A stretch of 64,000 bases of DNA from Bacillota bacterium (lineage in GTDB: Bacteria > Bacillota > UBA994 > UBA5500), in NCBI GenBank assembly GCA_050949085.1, contig JBMNFB010000009.1, positions 245,095 to 309,094 of the forward strand, written 5' to 3'. The notes under the pieces are model-generated. The model ran no database searches and was not told the origin of the DNA. It saw only the letters and a list, made by a program, of their open reading frames with translations. Positions 30,782-40,706 of this stretch are shown piece after piece; the stretch's first letter is position 1; every line of letters begins with the position of its first letter. The translations under genes were made by a program, and so were the position numbers.

Positions 30782-31898
30782 TCAGGCGCGCAGGTTCAGC
30801 GGCGAGCGCAGCCAGGCGTCGATAAAGACATCGATTTCCCCATCCATGACAGCCTGCACGTTCCCCACCTCAGTCTCCGTGCGGTGATCCTTGACCAGGC
30901 TGTAGGGATGAAAAACGTAGGAGCGAATCTGGTTGCCCCAGGCGATATCCTTGATGTCGCCGCGGAGCCGGGCCAGAGCTTCCTCCTGCTCCTTGATCTG
31001 CAGCTCCACCAGCTTGGAGCGCAGCATGCGCAGCGCCGTTTCCTTGTTGGAGTGCTGCGAGCGTTCATTCTGGCACTGAACGACGATTCCGGTGGGCAGA
31101 TGGGTGATCCGCACCGCCGAGTCGGTCTTGTTCACATGCTGGCCGCCGGCGCCTCCTGAACGATAGGTGTCAATGCGCAGGTCTTCCGGCAGAATCTCAA
31201 TCGCCTCGTCATTATCGATCTCCGGCGTGACTTCCACCGAGGCAAAGCTGGTATGGCGACGGCCGGAGGAGTCAAAGGGAGAAATGCGCACCAGCCGGTG
31301 CACGCCCTTCTCTGACCGCAGGTAGCCATAGGCCAGCGGGCCGTTGATCTGCAGAGTAACGTTCTTCAGCCCGGCTTCCTCACCGGGAAGATAATCAAGA
31401 ATCTCCACCTGGTAGTTGCGCCGCTCCGCCCAACGGGTATACATGCGCAACAACATCGCCGCCCAATCCTGGGCTTCGGTGCCGCCGGCGCCGGGATGAA
31501 TATTGACGATGGCGTTGGACTGGTCATACTGACCCGAAAGCAGCACCGTCAGCTCCAGATCCGCCACCTGCTGCTGCAGCAGGGCCGCCTGGCTGTCCAG
31601 GTCCGCCAGGAAGGAAGCATCCCCTTCATCCAGCGCCAGATACAGCAAGTCCAGCGCAGCGGCGCTCTGCTTCTCCAGATCATGCACCCGGTGCAGCTGA
31701 TCGCGCAGCAGGTTCGCCTCGGCGATGACCGATTGAGCCCACTTCTGGTCGTCCCAGAATCCTGGCTGACCCTGTATCTCTTCTAGCTCCTGCAGGCGCG
31801 CCTGTTTCTTCGGGAGGTCAAAGAGAGTCCCTGATTTCTTTGATGGTCTGACGCAGATCCTCCAGATTGCGCCGCAATAAGGCCGTATCAACTAACAT
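30782..31898 (-). CDS. prfB: Peptide chain release factor 2 (programmed +1 frameshift)
   Basis: ATG at 31898 gives MLVDTALLRRNLEDLRQTIKEIRDSL, then CTT-TGA-C at 31823-31817; the +1 frame contains SPF and GGQ. Confidence 0.96.
31817..31832 (-). other. prfB +1 frameshift site
   Basis: AGGGACTCT-CTT-TGA-C: internal SD-like sequence plus slippery codon. Confidence 0.9.
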
Positions 31899-31965
31899 CG
31901 CATCATTCTCCTTACAGCAGATTCATACCTGTATTGTCTAACTGCCCAGGGCAAAACTCGCCCCC

Positions 31966-34647
31966 CTAGGCGTTGCGGCCGCAGCAGCGCTTGTATTTCT
32001 TGCCGCTGCCGCAGGGACAGGGATCGTTCCTGCCGACCTTGGCCGATGAGACCTGTTTGGTCCGCGCCGGCTGACCAGCCGGCTGAGGCGCAGTAGCCTG
32101 ACGCGGCCTGGCTACAGCTCTCGCCTGGGGAGGAGCCGTGACCTGCACATGATAAAGATAGCGGACCACATCGTGCTTGATCTCCTCGACCATCATCTGG
32201 AACATGTCGTAGCTCTCCAGCTGATACTCCACCAGAGGATCCTTTTGACCATAGGCCCGGAGGCCGATGCCCTGGCGCAGGTCATCCATGGCGTCGAGGT
32301 GAGCCATCCACTTGCTGTCCACCACCCGCAGCAAGATCACCCGCTCCAGCTGGCGCATGATCGATTCGCCCAGTTCACTCTCCCGCTGGGCAGAGGCCTG
32401 ACCGGCAAACTCCTGGGCAGCGCTGAGCAGATCTTCACGCTGAAGTCCCTGCCAGGTTGTCCAGTCCAGCTCAGCCGCCCGCGGGATATACTCAGTCAGC
32501 GACTTCTGGAGCGCCTGCAGATCCCAGGCGGACTGGTCCGCATCGGCCGGGCAATGCAGATCTACCAGATGATGGATCACGTCAACCTGCATGGCAGCGA
32601 TGGTCTCCTGCAGATCCTCGCCATTCAGTACCTGACGGCGCTGCTGGTAGATCACGTTACGCTGTTCATTGAGCACGTCGTCATATTGCAGCACGTGCTT
32701 GCGGATGTCGAAGTTGCGGGCTTCCACCCGTTTTTGGGCTCGTTCAATGGCCCTGGTCAGGATATCATGTTCGATAGCAGTCTCATCATCCATGCCGAGG
32801 CGTTCCAGCAGGTTGCCCACCTGCTCGGAAGCGAACAGGCGCATCAAATCGTCCTCCAGGGAGATGAAGAACTGCGAAGCGCCCGGGTCCCCCTGGCGGC
32901 CAGCCCGTCCGCGCAACTGGTTGTCGATGCGCCGCGCCTCATGTCGCTCGGTACCCAGCACGCAGAGCCCGCCGACTTTCAGCACCTCTTCCCGCTCGGC
33001 AGCGCAGACTTTTTCCATGTCCGCCAGCACCTGCTGATAGAGTTCCCGTATATTCCTGGCCTCAGCATCGTTGGCATTGTAGTCCAGAGCGGCCATCAGC
33101 TGCTCCCGCGGGATGCCGCGCTTTTCAACTTCGGCCCGAGCCAGGAATTCGGGATTGCCCCCCAGCAGGATGTCGGTGCCGCGCCCCGCCATGTTGGTGG
33201 AGATGGTGACCGCCCCGAGGCGCCCGGCCTGAGCGACAATCTCCGCCTCCTGGGCATGGTACTTGGCATTGAGCACCTGATGGGGTACACCGCGCCGCTT
33301 AAGCATGGCACTCAGGCGTTCGGAATTCTCAATAGAGACGGTACCTACCAGCAAGGGTTGTCCAGTGGCATGGCGCCGGACAATTTCCTCGACCACTGCC
33401 CGAAATTTGCCCTGCTCTGTCTTATAGACCTGATCGGGCAGATCGACCCGGATCATCGGTCGGTTCGTGGGAATCACCAGGACATCCAGCCCATAGATAT
33501 GCCGGAACTCGTCCTCCTCTGTGGCCGCAGTGCCGGTCATCCCCGCCAGCTTTTCGTACATCCGGAAGTAATTCTGGAAGGTGATGCTGGCCAGAGTCTG
33601 GTTTTCTCGCTCAATAGTCACGCCTTCCTTGGCCTCAATCGCCTGATGCAGACCGGCGCTGTAGCGCCGTCCGAACATGAGGCGCCCGGTGAACTCGTCG
33701 ACGATGACCACCTTGCCCTCATGCACTACATAGTCCCGATCGCGCTTCATCAGGGCCTTGGCCCGCAGGGCGTTGTTCAGATAGTGCGACAGATCCATAT
33801 TGGAGTCATCGTAGAGGTTGGCGACTCCCAGGGCCTGCTCTGTCTTGGCGATGGCAGCCGGGGTCGGCGCCACCGTCTTGGCCTTTTCATCGATGGTATA
33901 GTCTTCATCCTCGCGAAAACGGGCGACGATGGAAGCAAACCGGTAGTAGAGATCAGTCGACTCGTCGCCTGCACCGGAGATGATCAGGGGGGTGCGAGCT
34001 TCGTCAATCAGGATGCTGTCCACCTCATCGACGATGGCATAGTGCAGCCCGCGCTGCACCAGCTGTTCGGGATGGATGGCCATGTTATCGCGCAGGTAGT
34101 CGAACCCCAGCTCATTATTGGTGGCATAGGTGACGTCGGCTCGATAGGCGGCGTGCCGCGCCGGGAAATCCATATCGTGCACTATGGCAGCCACCGACAT
34201 ACCGAGAAATCGGTAGAGCGGGCCCATCCATTCAGCGTGGAAGCTGGCCAGATAATCGTTGACGGTGACGATATGCACCCCTTTGCCCGTCAGGGCGTTG
34301 AGGTAGGCGGGAAAGGTAGCCACCAGCGTCTTTCCCTCACCGGTCTTCATCTCAGCCACCCGCCCCTGATGCAGGGCGATGGCACCGAGGATCTGCACAT
34401 CAAAGGCACGCTTGCCCAGGCTGCGGCGACCTGCTTCCCGCACGACAGCATAGGCTTCCGGCAACAGGTCATCCAGCGTCTCACCCTGGGCGAGACGCTG
34501 CCGAAATTCTGCCGTTTTTGCCCGCAGGGCAGCATCGCTTAACGCTTGCAGCGTCGGCTCCAGCCGATTTACCGCCTCTACGGTCTTCTCCAGCTTCTTT
34601 AGTTCCTTTGCATTAGCATCAAACAGGTGGCGAAAGACATTAAACAT
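31966..34647 (-). CDS. secA: Preprotein translocase SecA
   Basis: [28 protein letters not shown]-terminal [22 protein letters not shown]. Confidence 0.98.
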   Translation of the reverse strand: MFNVFRHLFDANAKELKKLEKTVEAVNRLEPTLQALSDAALRAKTAEFRQRLAQGETLDDLLPEAYAVVREAGRRSLGKRAFDVQILGAIALHQGRVAEMKTGEGKTLVATFPAYLNALTGKGVHIVTVNDYLASFHAEWMGPLYRFLGMSVAAIVHDMDFPARHAAYRADVTYATNNELGFDYLRDNMAIHPEQLVQRGLHYAIVDEVDSILIDEARTPLIISGAGDESTDLYYRFASIVARFREDEDYTIDEKAKTVAPTPAAIAKTEQALGVANLYDDSNMDLSHYLNNALRAKALMKRDRDYVVHEGKVVIVDEFTGRLMFGRRYSAGLHQAIEAKEGVTIERENQTLASITFQNYFRMYEKLAGMTGTAATEEDEFRHIYGLDVLVIPTNRPMIRVDLPDQVYKTEQGKFRAVVEEIVRRHATGQPLLVGTVSIENSERLSAMLKRRGVPHQVLNAKYHAQEAEIVAQAGRLGAVTISTNMAGRGTDILLGGNPEFLARAEVEKRGIPREQLMAALDYNANDAEARNIRELYQQVLADMEKVCAAEREEVLKVGGLCVLGTERHEARRIDNQLRGRAGRQGDPGASQFFISLEDDLMRLFASEQVGNLLERLGMDDETAIEHDILTRAIERAQKRVEARNFDIRKHVLQYDDVLNEQRNVIYQQRRQVLNGEDLQETIAAMQVDVIHHLVDLHCPADADQSAWDLQALQKSLTEYIPRAAELDWTTWQGLQREDLLSAAQEFAGQASAQRESELGESIMRQLERVILLRVVDSKWMAHLDAMDDLRQGIGLRAYGQKDPLVEYQLESYDMFQMMVEEIKHDVVRYLYHVQVTAPPQARAVARPRQATAPQPAGQPARTKQVSSAKVGRNDPCPCGSGKKYKRCCGRNA

Positions 34648-34875
34648 CGGCTCACCTCGTTAAGCAAGTCCAGAGGACTTGCGGGCTAGTTTAGATGATG
34701 TTTGCCTGGCAAACATCGGACGGCAACTTATTCAGGCTCTCCAGGTTTGCCCATATTATCACAGGAAAGGCTCTCATTATCGCCTGTCGCTCTAATGAAA
34801 GCCTTTGTTCATTCTAGCATGCCCGATGCGCAGGGGACAAGCTGAGCCCCTCCCGCCGCAGGACAGGGCAGCCCA

Positions 34876-36192
34876 CTACAGCCGCCGGCTGAGCACGCGG
34901 CAATACAGGCCCATGCCCGGCTGCAGCACCAGATCGCGCCGAAAAGCTGTCCTGAGGGCTACGCCGTCGTCCAGCGCCACGACCTCTCCCGGGAGCGCTC
35001 CGGCCACGTCCATCAGCCGCTGCCCGACCAGTGGGTGACCCGGCCCGAGACTCACCTGCCGATACTCTGCCGGCGGTTGCAGCTCCCCTGCCTCGTAGCG
35101 CAAGGTGTCGACCAGCGACCACATGCTCCCGGCTACCAGCGAATGCCCGCCGAGGATGATGGGGATGGGCGCAGCGAAGGCGGCAGCCGTAAACTCGGCC
35201 AGCAGTGGATGCTCCAGTCGATCCACCAGGCCCAGATCCGAGGCAAAACGCTGTCCCTCGCTCAGTCTCCATCCGAGATGGGCGAAGATCACCCGCGTAT
35301 CCAGGAATGCGGCGTCAGCGATGTTGCTGATATACTGCACAAGCCCCTGCGGCGACAGCTGCTCCAACAGAAAGCCGAGGAGCGAGTGCACTTCGCCCTG
35401 CTCAGCCCGACCCATGGCGCGCATGCCTCGCTCCTCGGAGATTACGCGCAGGCGGCAGCGGAAATGAGTGCCGATCTCAGACATGGTCCAGGGATTAACG
35501 CGACCCGCCAGGAGGATCCGGCTGCGTGGCAGAGCGAGCAGCTCCTTAGCTCGTGCCACCCGGTCCACCCGCCAATCCAGCTGCTGGATAGCCAGGCGCG
35601 ACCGCGGCCCCAATCGCGGCGACAGCGACATCACCAACACGTCGCTGGGGGTATCGACGTCGAAATGAACGCCCACCGAGTGAGGCAGCAGGATGCGCTC
35701 CAGGCCAGCCTGGCTGCGGAGGAGATTGGCGAGGACGTTATCGATAGCCGGCAGCTCGATCAGCTCGATGGCGCTGCCAGGCGTAAAGGCGATAAAATCG
35801 GCCGACTGAACATTGTTGGTGTAGACGACCCGCTTCCTCTGGCGCAGGCCGCGGGCAACTTCGCGAAATTCGTCAGCGCTGAGAAAGGGGGAGGATGCTC
35901 CTCCTACATAGATCACCCCGTCCAGCTGGTGGAGCCGGATCACGTCGCGCAGGCGGGTACCGAAATGGAACGGCGCTGTCTCAGCAACGGCGACGGCCCC
36001 CAGCGCGGTGGCTGCCTCAGCCAGATCAGGATAGTTGGTGGACAGATAAACCCCATCGATTTCGGGGATATCACGCACTCGTTCAATGATATCCAGGGTC
36101 AGCGCTTTGCGCACGCTGACCATCTGCTGCTCTATGATATCGGCGGGATTGCCGCCCTCGAGGATGACCACCCCAATCCGTTCGGCCCGCAT
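34876..36192 (-). CDS. Hypothetical CofC/DUF2064-like (GT-A fold) protein with possible C-terminal RCK_C/TrkA-C-like domain
   Basis: FHFGTRL, GGASSPFL, FDVDTPSD; tail GPGHPLVGQRLMD..EVVAL. Confidence 0.6.
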   Translation of the reverse strand: MRAERIGVVILEGGNPADIIEQQMVSVRKALTLDIIERVRDIPEIDGVYLSTNYPDLAEAATALGAVAVAETAPFHFGTRLRDVIRLHQLDGVIYVGGASSPFLSADEFREVARGLRQRKRVVYTNNVQSADFIAFTPGSAIELIELPAIDNVLANLLRSQAGLERILLPHSVGVHFDVDTPSDVLVMSLSPRLGPRSRLAIQQLDWRVDRVARAKELLALPRSRILLAGRVNPWTMSEIGTHFRCRLRVISEERGMRAMGRAEQGEVHSLLGFLLEQLSPQGLVQYISNIADAAFLDTRVIFAHLGWRLSEGQRFASDLGLVDRLEHPLLAEFTAAAFAAPIPIILGGHSLVAGSMWSLVDTLRYEAGELQPPAEYRQVSLGPGHPLVGQRLMDVAGALPGEVVALDDGVALRTAFRRDLVLQPGMGLYCRVLSRRL

Positions 36193-36373
36193 ATACCTCA
36201 CCCTCTCCTACTTCCTCTGGCGGGAATATCTAGCGGCTGTGACGCATGATTTTCTGTGCTGAGCTTAGTTTCGCCATCGATGTCAGTCTCTCCTGCAGAC
36301 GGAAGCGCAGATGCCAGCCTGTGTCTGACCATGATGAAAGGAGCCGGCAGCGCCGGCTCCTGCATTGACTTCC

Positions 36374-36901
36374 CTAGATCTGCGGTTCAATCAGGCCATA
36401 GTTTCCGTCCTTGCGTCGATAGAGGACTGCAAAATTCTCGCTTTCCGCATCCACGAACACGAAGAAGTCGTGGTTGAGCAGGTTCATCTGCAGAATCGCC
36501 TCCTCCACCGGCATCGGCTTGATGGGGAACCGCTTGGAGCGAACCACCCGGGGACCGTCGTCGTCTGGAATTTCCACGGCCTCTACCACACCATTCTTTG
36601 AGCCGTTGATCCTCAGCCGCCGGGCGATGCGCGTCTTGTAGCGTGCTACCTGTCTCTCCAACTTGTCGCTGACCAGATCAATGGAGGCATACATGTCGGT
36701 GCTCTCTTCTTCGCCGCGCAGTATCAGGCCGTCCACCGTCGCCGTTACCTCGACCCGATGCAGACCGCGTTGCACGCTGAGAGTAACCTGAGCCTCAATC
36801 GGCCGATCGATATACTTCTCCAGCCGACTGACCTTCTTGGTGGCGTAGTCTCGCAGCGCGTCGGTAACGTCGATGTTCTTTCCCCGAACGGTGACTTCCA
36901 T
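36374..36901 (-). CDS. hpf: Ribosome hibernation promoting factor (long HPF)
   Basis: VRGKNIDVTDALRDY, DMYASID, KPMPVEEAILQMNLLNHDF, YRRKDGNYGLI. Confidence 0.96.
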   Translation of the reverse strand: MEVTVRGKNIDVTDALRDYATKKVSRLEKYIDRPIEAQVTLSVQRGLHRVEVTATVDGLILRGEEESTDMYASIDLVSDKLERQVARYKTRIARRLRINGSKNGVVEAVEIPDDDGPRVVRSKRFPIKPMPVEEAILQMNLLNHDFFVFVDAESENFAVLYRRKDGNYGLIEPQI

Positions 36902-36960
36902 GTGATCAGCTCCCTTCGTGGCATATGGTTGGGGAGGTGACGATTTCCCCTTAGATAACT

Positions 36961-36985
36961 ATTCTTCAGTATTGCCAAAAATCCT
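36961..36985 (-). promoter_or_regulatory. SigH-type promoter of hpf
   Basis: AGGA-17 nt-GAAT (ACAGGATTTTTGGCAATACTGAAGAAT). Confidence 0.7.
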
Positions 36986-37016
36986 GTCAGGGAAGCCTGC
37001 GCTCGCCAGCGAGCGG

Positions 37017-37058
37017 AACTAGAAAAACCCTGGGCAACTGCCCAGGGTTTTTCTAGTT
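37017..37058 (-). terminator. Intrinsic terminator after csp
   Basis: Perfect AACTAGAAAAACCCTGGGCA/TGCCCAGGGTTTTTCTAGTT inverted repeat. Confidence 0.85.
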
Positions 37059-37066
37059 GTGTCAAA

Positions 37067-37264
37067 TTAAAGCTTTCGGACGTTGGCGGCCTGCGGCCCG
37101 CGCGGCCCGTCGACAATCTCAAATTCGACCTGCTGGCCCTCGTCAAGGGTCTTAAAGCCCTCTTCCTGGATGGCAGAGAAGTGGACGAAAACGTCCTGAG
37201 CATCCTGGGTCGTCAGAAAGCCATAACCCTTTTTCTGGTTGAACCACTTAACAGTACCGATCAT
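37067..37264 (-). CDS. Cold-shock protein (CspA family)
   Basis: GTVKWFN, KGYGFL (RNP1), DVFVHFSAI (RNP2), GPQAANV. Confidence 0.96.
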   Translation of the reverse strand: MIGTVKWFNQKKGYGFLTTQDAQDVFVHFSAIQEEGFKTLDEGQQVEFEIVDGPRGPQAANVRKL

Positions 37265-37372
37265 TTAGGACATTCCTCCTAGAGTTGAATGCAGCGCTTG
37301 CGCGCAGGTCAACTATATCACTGCCACAGGGGCAAGTCAAATATAGGCAGGACCGGCAGCTCCGCGTCCCCA

Positions 37373-38107
37373 TCAGTCGCGAATGTTCGTGATCGCAGCG
37401 GTGGCCGCGCGCACCTCCCGCGCTCCAGCCTGGAGCAAGACCCGGGCGCACTCGTCCAGTGTGCTCCCAGTAGTCAGCACATCGTCCACCAGCAGCAGAC
37501 GCTGGCCGACGATCTGCCTTTCCTGCCCGGGAGCAGCCTGAAAGGCGCCGCGCACGTTCTGACGCCGCTGCTGCTGGCCCAGCCCGGTTTGGGAAGCAAC
37601 GAACGTTCTGCGCACTAGCAACTGACGCATGGGTCGACCGGCCAGCAGCGCCAGCTGATAAGCCAGTTGCTCCGCCTGGTTAAAGCCGCGCTGTTGCAGG
37701 CGCTCGGCATGCAGCGGCACCGGCACGATGCTGTCGATCTCCTGCCACCAGGCGGCATCAATCGCCTTGTACAGCAGCTCGGCCAGAGCCCGGCTGACGT
37801 CGCGCTGACCGCGAAACTTGAGGCGATGGATGGCATGGCGCAGCTCGCCGTCATACGGCCCGATACTGCGCGCCTGAGAGAAGGCCCATGGCATATCCTG
37901 ACAGGCAGTGCACGCGTTCTCACCCTGCACTGGCCGACCGCAACGCGGGCAGATTCCACCGGCAGGATGGGAGGCGGCCGCTTGACAGGCATGACAGACC
38001 AGACCGGGTTCGGCCTCGGCCATGACCCGGCCGCAGAAGGCACACCTGCTCCGCGGTGGGAACAGGAGGTCCAGCAAGAATGAGGTCAGCTGCTTCCAGT
38101 TAGTCAC
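37373..38107 (-). CDS. comFC: ComF family protein (ComFC; double Zn-ribbon + PRTase)
   Basis: LFPP, four CxxC, VPVPLH..RGFNQ, LLVDDVLTTGST. Confidence 0.9.
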   Translation of the reverse strand: MTNWKQLTSFLLDLLFPPRSRCAFCGRVMAEAEPGLVCHACQAAASHPAGGICPRCGRPVQGENACTACQDMPWAFSQARSIGPYDGELRHAIHRLKFRGQRDVSRALAELLYKAIDAAWWQEIDSIVPVPLHAERLQQRGFNQAEQLAYQLALLAGRPMRQLLVRRTFVASQTGLGQQQRRQNVRGAFQAAPGQERQIVGQRLLLVDDVLTTGSTLDECARVLLQAGAREVRAATAAITNIRD

Positions 38108-38198
38108 CCAATCCCCTCTCCCCTGCAGAGCATCCTCTGCTAACATCCTATGCCCCGAAGCCTGGTCACCTTGCGCCGCGCAACGGAAAGTCCTGCTA

Positions 38199-39218
38199 TC
38201 ACAGAGTGTCGGCTTTCTCTACAAATGTGTAGTACTCAGCGTCGCCCAGGCGCACCCGGTACTCCCGGCCGCGCAGGCTGCCATCGATCACGCGCCGCAC
38301 CTGTTCGGCGTAAGCCTCACTGGCCGCTGCCAACTGCTGAGCGCTAGCGACGCTGACTTCTTCCCAACTGACAGTATCGCCAGGTTTTGCCTGAGCCAGA
38401 CGGCTCAGATCGGCCGACACCACCGTGCCGATCTTGGGATAGCCGCCGGTAGTCTGGCGATCGGGCCCCATGATGATCGGCTGGCCGTCGCGAGGAACCT
38501 GAATCGATCCATAGGCGATGGCGTTGGAGATAATGTCCGGTGTCAGCGGCTTGACGGCTGGCCCTGTCAGCCGCACACCCATCCGGTCGGACGCCGGCGC
38601 AATCAGATATTCGCTCTGGCGAAACAGCAGCCGCGCCTCAGCTGAGAAATGGTCAGTCTCTGGGCCGGCCACGTAGCGCAGCCTCACTTTCCCAGGCAGC
38701 TCGGGCCAGAAGGCCCGGGGCAGTCGCCGTTCGGGTGGGGTTTCCCGCAGAGACTCCACGGCGATTTCATCCCCTGCCTTGAGCTGGCGCCCCTCGTAGC
38801 CGCCGATTCCCGCCCGCAGATAGGTGGAGCGGCTGCCCATCACCGCCGCCACTTGCCAGCCTCCTGACACAGCCAGGTAGGCGCGCGCGCCGCGCCGCAG
38901 GCTGCCGATCTGCAATGTCTGGCCGGGCCGCCAGAGAAACGACTGCCAGAGCTCTACCGGCTCCCCGTCCAGCCAGCACTCTGCCTCGCCGCCGCAGACA
39001 GCAGCTTGCAGCAGGCAGGTGGTGCGCAGGGTGGGCCCGAGCAGCGTAATCTCCAACACGGCGGCTGTAGCGGCGTTGCCCACCAGCCAGTTGGCTACCC
39101 GAGCCGAGAAGCGATCAAAGACACCGGCCACCGGCACGCCAAAACGCTGATAGCCGAAACGCCCCAGATCCTGCACCGTTGTCAGCAAGCCAGGGGGTTC
39201 AATCCTCACCTTACTCAT
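38199..39218 (-). CDS. pxpC: 5-oxoprolinase subunit C (KipA/AHS2 family)
   Basis: GLLTTVQDLGRFG, GSRSTY, SDRMGVRL, DRQTTGGYPKIG. Confidence 0.92.
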   Translation of the reverse strand: MSKVRIEPPGLLTTVQDLGRFGYQRFGVPVAGVFDRFSARVANWLVGNAATAAVLEITLLGPTLRTTCLLQAAVCGGEAECWLDGEPVELWQSFLWRPGQTLQIGSLRRGARAYLAVSGGWQVAAVMGSRSTYLRAGIGGYEGRQLKAGDEIAVESLRETPPERRLPRAFWPELPGKVRLRYVAGPETDHFSAEARLLFRQSEYLIAPASDRMGVRLTGPAVKPLTPDIISNAIAYGSIQVPRDGQPIIMGPDRQTTGGYPKIGTVVSADLSRLAQAKPGDTVSWEEVSVASAQQLAAASEAYAEQVRRVIDGSLRGREYRVRLGDAEYYTFVEKADTL

Positions 39219-39951
39219 CTGACGTCACCTCTTCCTGGATCATGGGCTGATATGTACCGGCTGCCACCTGTTCGGCGATCTCGGCATACTCAGCGGCATT
39301 GATGGCGCGGAATCGCAGCAGATCGCCGGCCGCCAGCAGAAACGGCTGCGGACGGGTCGCATCGTAGAGTCTCAGCGGCGTCCGCCCGATCAGCTGCCAG
39401 CCACCGGGGCTGGCCAGGGGGTAGACACCAGTCTGCCGATCGGCGATGCCTACCGAGCCTGCCGGCACCAGCGTGCGCGGCGTGCTCAGCCGCGGCGTGG
39501 CCAGCTGCCGGGGCAGGCCACCCAGATAGGGGAAGCCAGGCAGGAAGCCCAGCATATAGACGAGATAATCGGGCTCCTTGTGCAGGGCGATAACTTCCTG
39601 CTCACTGAGTCGACAATGCTGGGCCACGGCTGCCAGATCTGGCCCCATCTCTCCCCCGTAGAGCACCGGAAGAGTGACGAGGCGCCGCTGGATCGGGCCA
39701 GTCTGCTCCAGCCTCTGGCACCGTTGTTCCAGCCAACTGGCCAGCTCCTGATAGCTGACCTGCAGCGGATTGTAATAGACCATCAGTGAGCAGTAGGTGG
39801 GAACCCATTCAATGATGGCAGGATGAGGTTCCCGGCTGATCGCCTGCTCTAGGGCTGAAACTGCCGCCTGGAGGGTCGGGTCGATCGACCGACCCAGTTC
39901 CACAAGCAGGGCGCTGTCGCCTACGGGAGCGATGCGCGGCTGGATATTCAC
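39211..39951 (-). CDS. pxpB: 5-oxoprolinase subunit B (KipI/AHS1 family)
   Basis: GDSALLV, GFLPGFPYL, PAGSVGIA, SPGGWQLIGRTP. Confidence 0.93.
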   Translation of the reverse strand: MNIQPRIAPVGDSALLVELGRSIDPTLQAAVSALEQAISREPHPAIIEWVPTYCSLMVYYNPLQVSYQELASWLEQRCQRLEQTGPIQRRLVTLPVLYGGEMGPDLAAVAQHCRLSEQEVIALHKEPDYLVYMLGFLPGFPYLGGLPRQLATPRLSTPRTLVPAGSVGIADRQTGVYPLASPGGWQLIGRTPLRLYDATRPQPFLLAAGDLLRFRAINAAEYAEIAEQVAAGTYQPMIQEEVTSDE

Positions 39952-40703
39952 AGCCCAACCACCTCGATGCCAGCCTCAGCCAGCGCCTGCCGCAGGGCCT
40001 GGAGGTGCTGGAGAGCTTCAGGGGTATCGCCGTGCACGCAGATGGTGTCGGCCCTCAGCTCCACCCATTGACCGTTGTTGGCCTGCACGCGTCCCTCTTT
40101 GATCATGCTTACCACCCGGGCAGCTACCTCGGCTGGGTCGTGCAAGACTGCTCCTGGCTCGCTGCGCGGCACCAGGGCTCCGTTGGGGAGGTAAGCTCTA
40201 TCGGCAAACACTTCACTGGCGGTGCGCAACCCCAGATCGGCAGCCTCCGTCAGGACCGGCGAATTAGCCAGGCCGACCACAACGAGGGATTCGTCAAATT
40301 CAGCGATGGCCTCGACCAGCGCCCTGGCGAGGCGGGGATCGGCCGCGGCCTGATTGTACATGGCACCATGGGCCTTGACATGGCGCAGCTGGCCGCCCAG
40401 CGCCCGGACAAAGGCAGCCAGAGCCCCCATCTGGTAGAGGACATAGTCTTTCATGTCTGCCGGGCTCAGGGCCAGGTTACGGCGCCCGAAGCCGAGCAGA
40501 TCGGGGTAGCCGGGATGGGCGCCGATACCCACGCCGTGCTGCAGGGCCAATTGCACCGACTGACGCATCACCCGCGGATCGCCGGCATGCCAGCCACAGG
40601 CGATATTGGCCGAAGAAATCAGGGGCATGATCTCCGCGTCTGGCCCCAGTCGATAGGCGCCAAAAGCCTCGCCCATATCACAATTGAGATCAACCTTAAA
40701 CAT
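39948..40703 (-). CDS. pxpA: 5-oxoprolinase subunit A (LamB/YcsF family)
   Basis: DLNCDMGE, NIACGWHAGD, GAHPGYPD, TICVHGD. Confidence 0.95.
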   Translation of the reverse strand: MFKVDLNCDMGEAFGAYRLGPDAEIMPLISSANIACGWHAGDPRVMRQSVQLALQHGVGIGAHPGYPDLLGFGRRNLALSPADMKDYVLYQMGALAAFVRALGGQLRHVKAHGAMYNQAAADPRLARALVEAIAEFDESLVVVGLANSPVLTEAADLGLRTASEVFADRAYLPNGALVPRSEPGAVLHDPAEVAARVVSMIKEGRVQANNGQWVELRADTICVHGDTPEALQHLQALRQALAEAGIEVVGL

Positions 40704-40706
40704 GCT

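Noticed and set aside
31817-31823. In-frame stop in prfB suggesting a pseudogene
   Set aside because: This is the canonical programmed +1 frameshift CTT-TGA-C.
32149-34542. 797-aa + strand ORF
   Set aside because: Antisense shadow of secA in GC-rich DNA; no RBS or recognisable motifs.
35035-36249. 404-aa + strand ORF, and similar shadows over metK, the amidohydrolase, uvrA and uvrC
   Set aside because: They lie opposite well-supported genes, as expected from GC3 bias.
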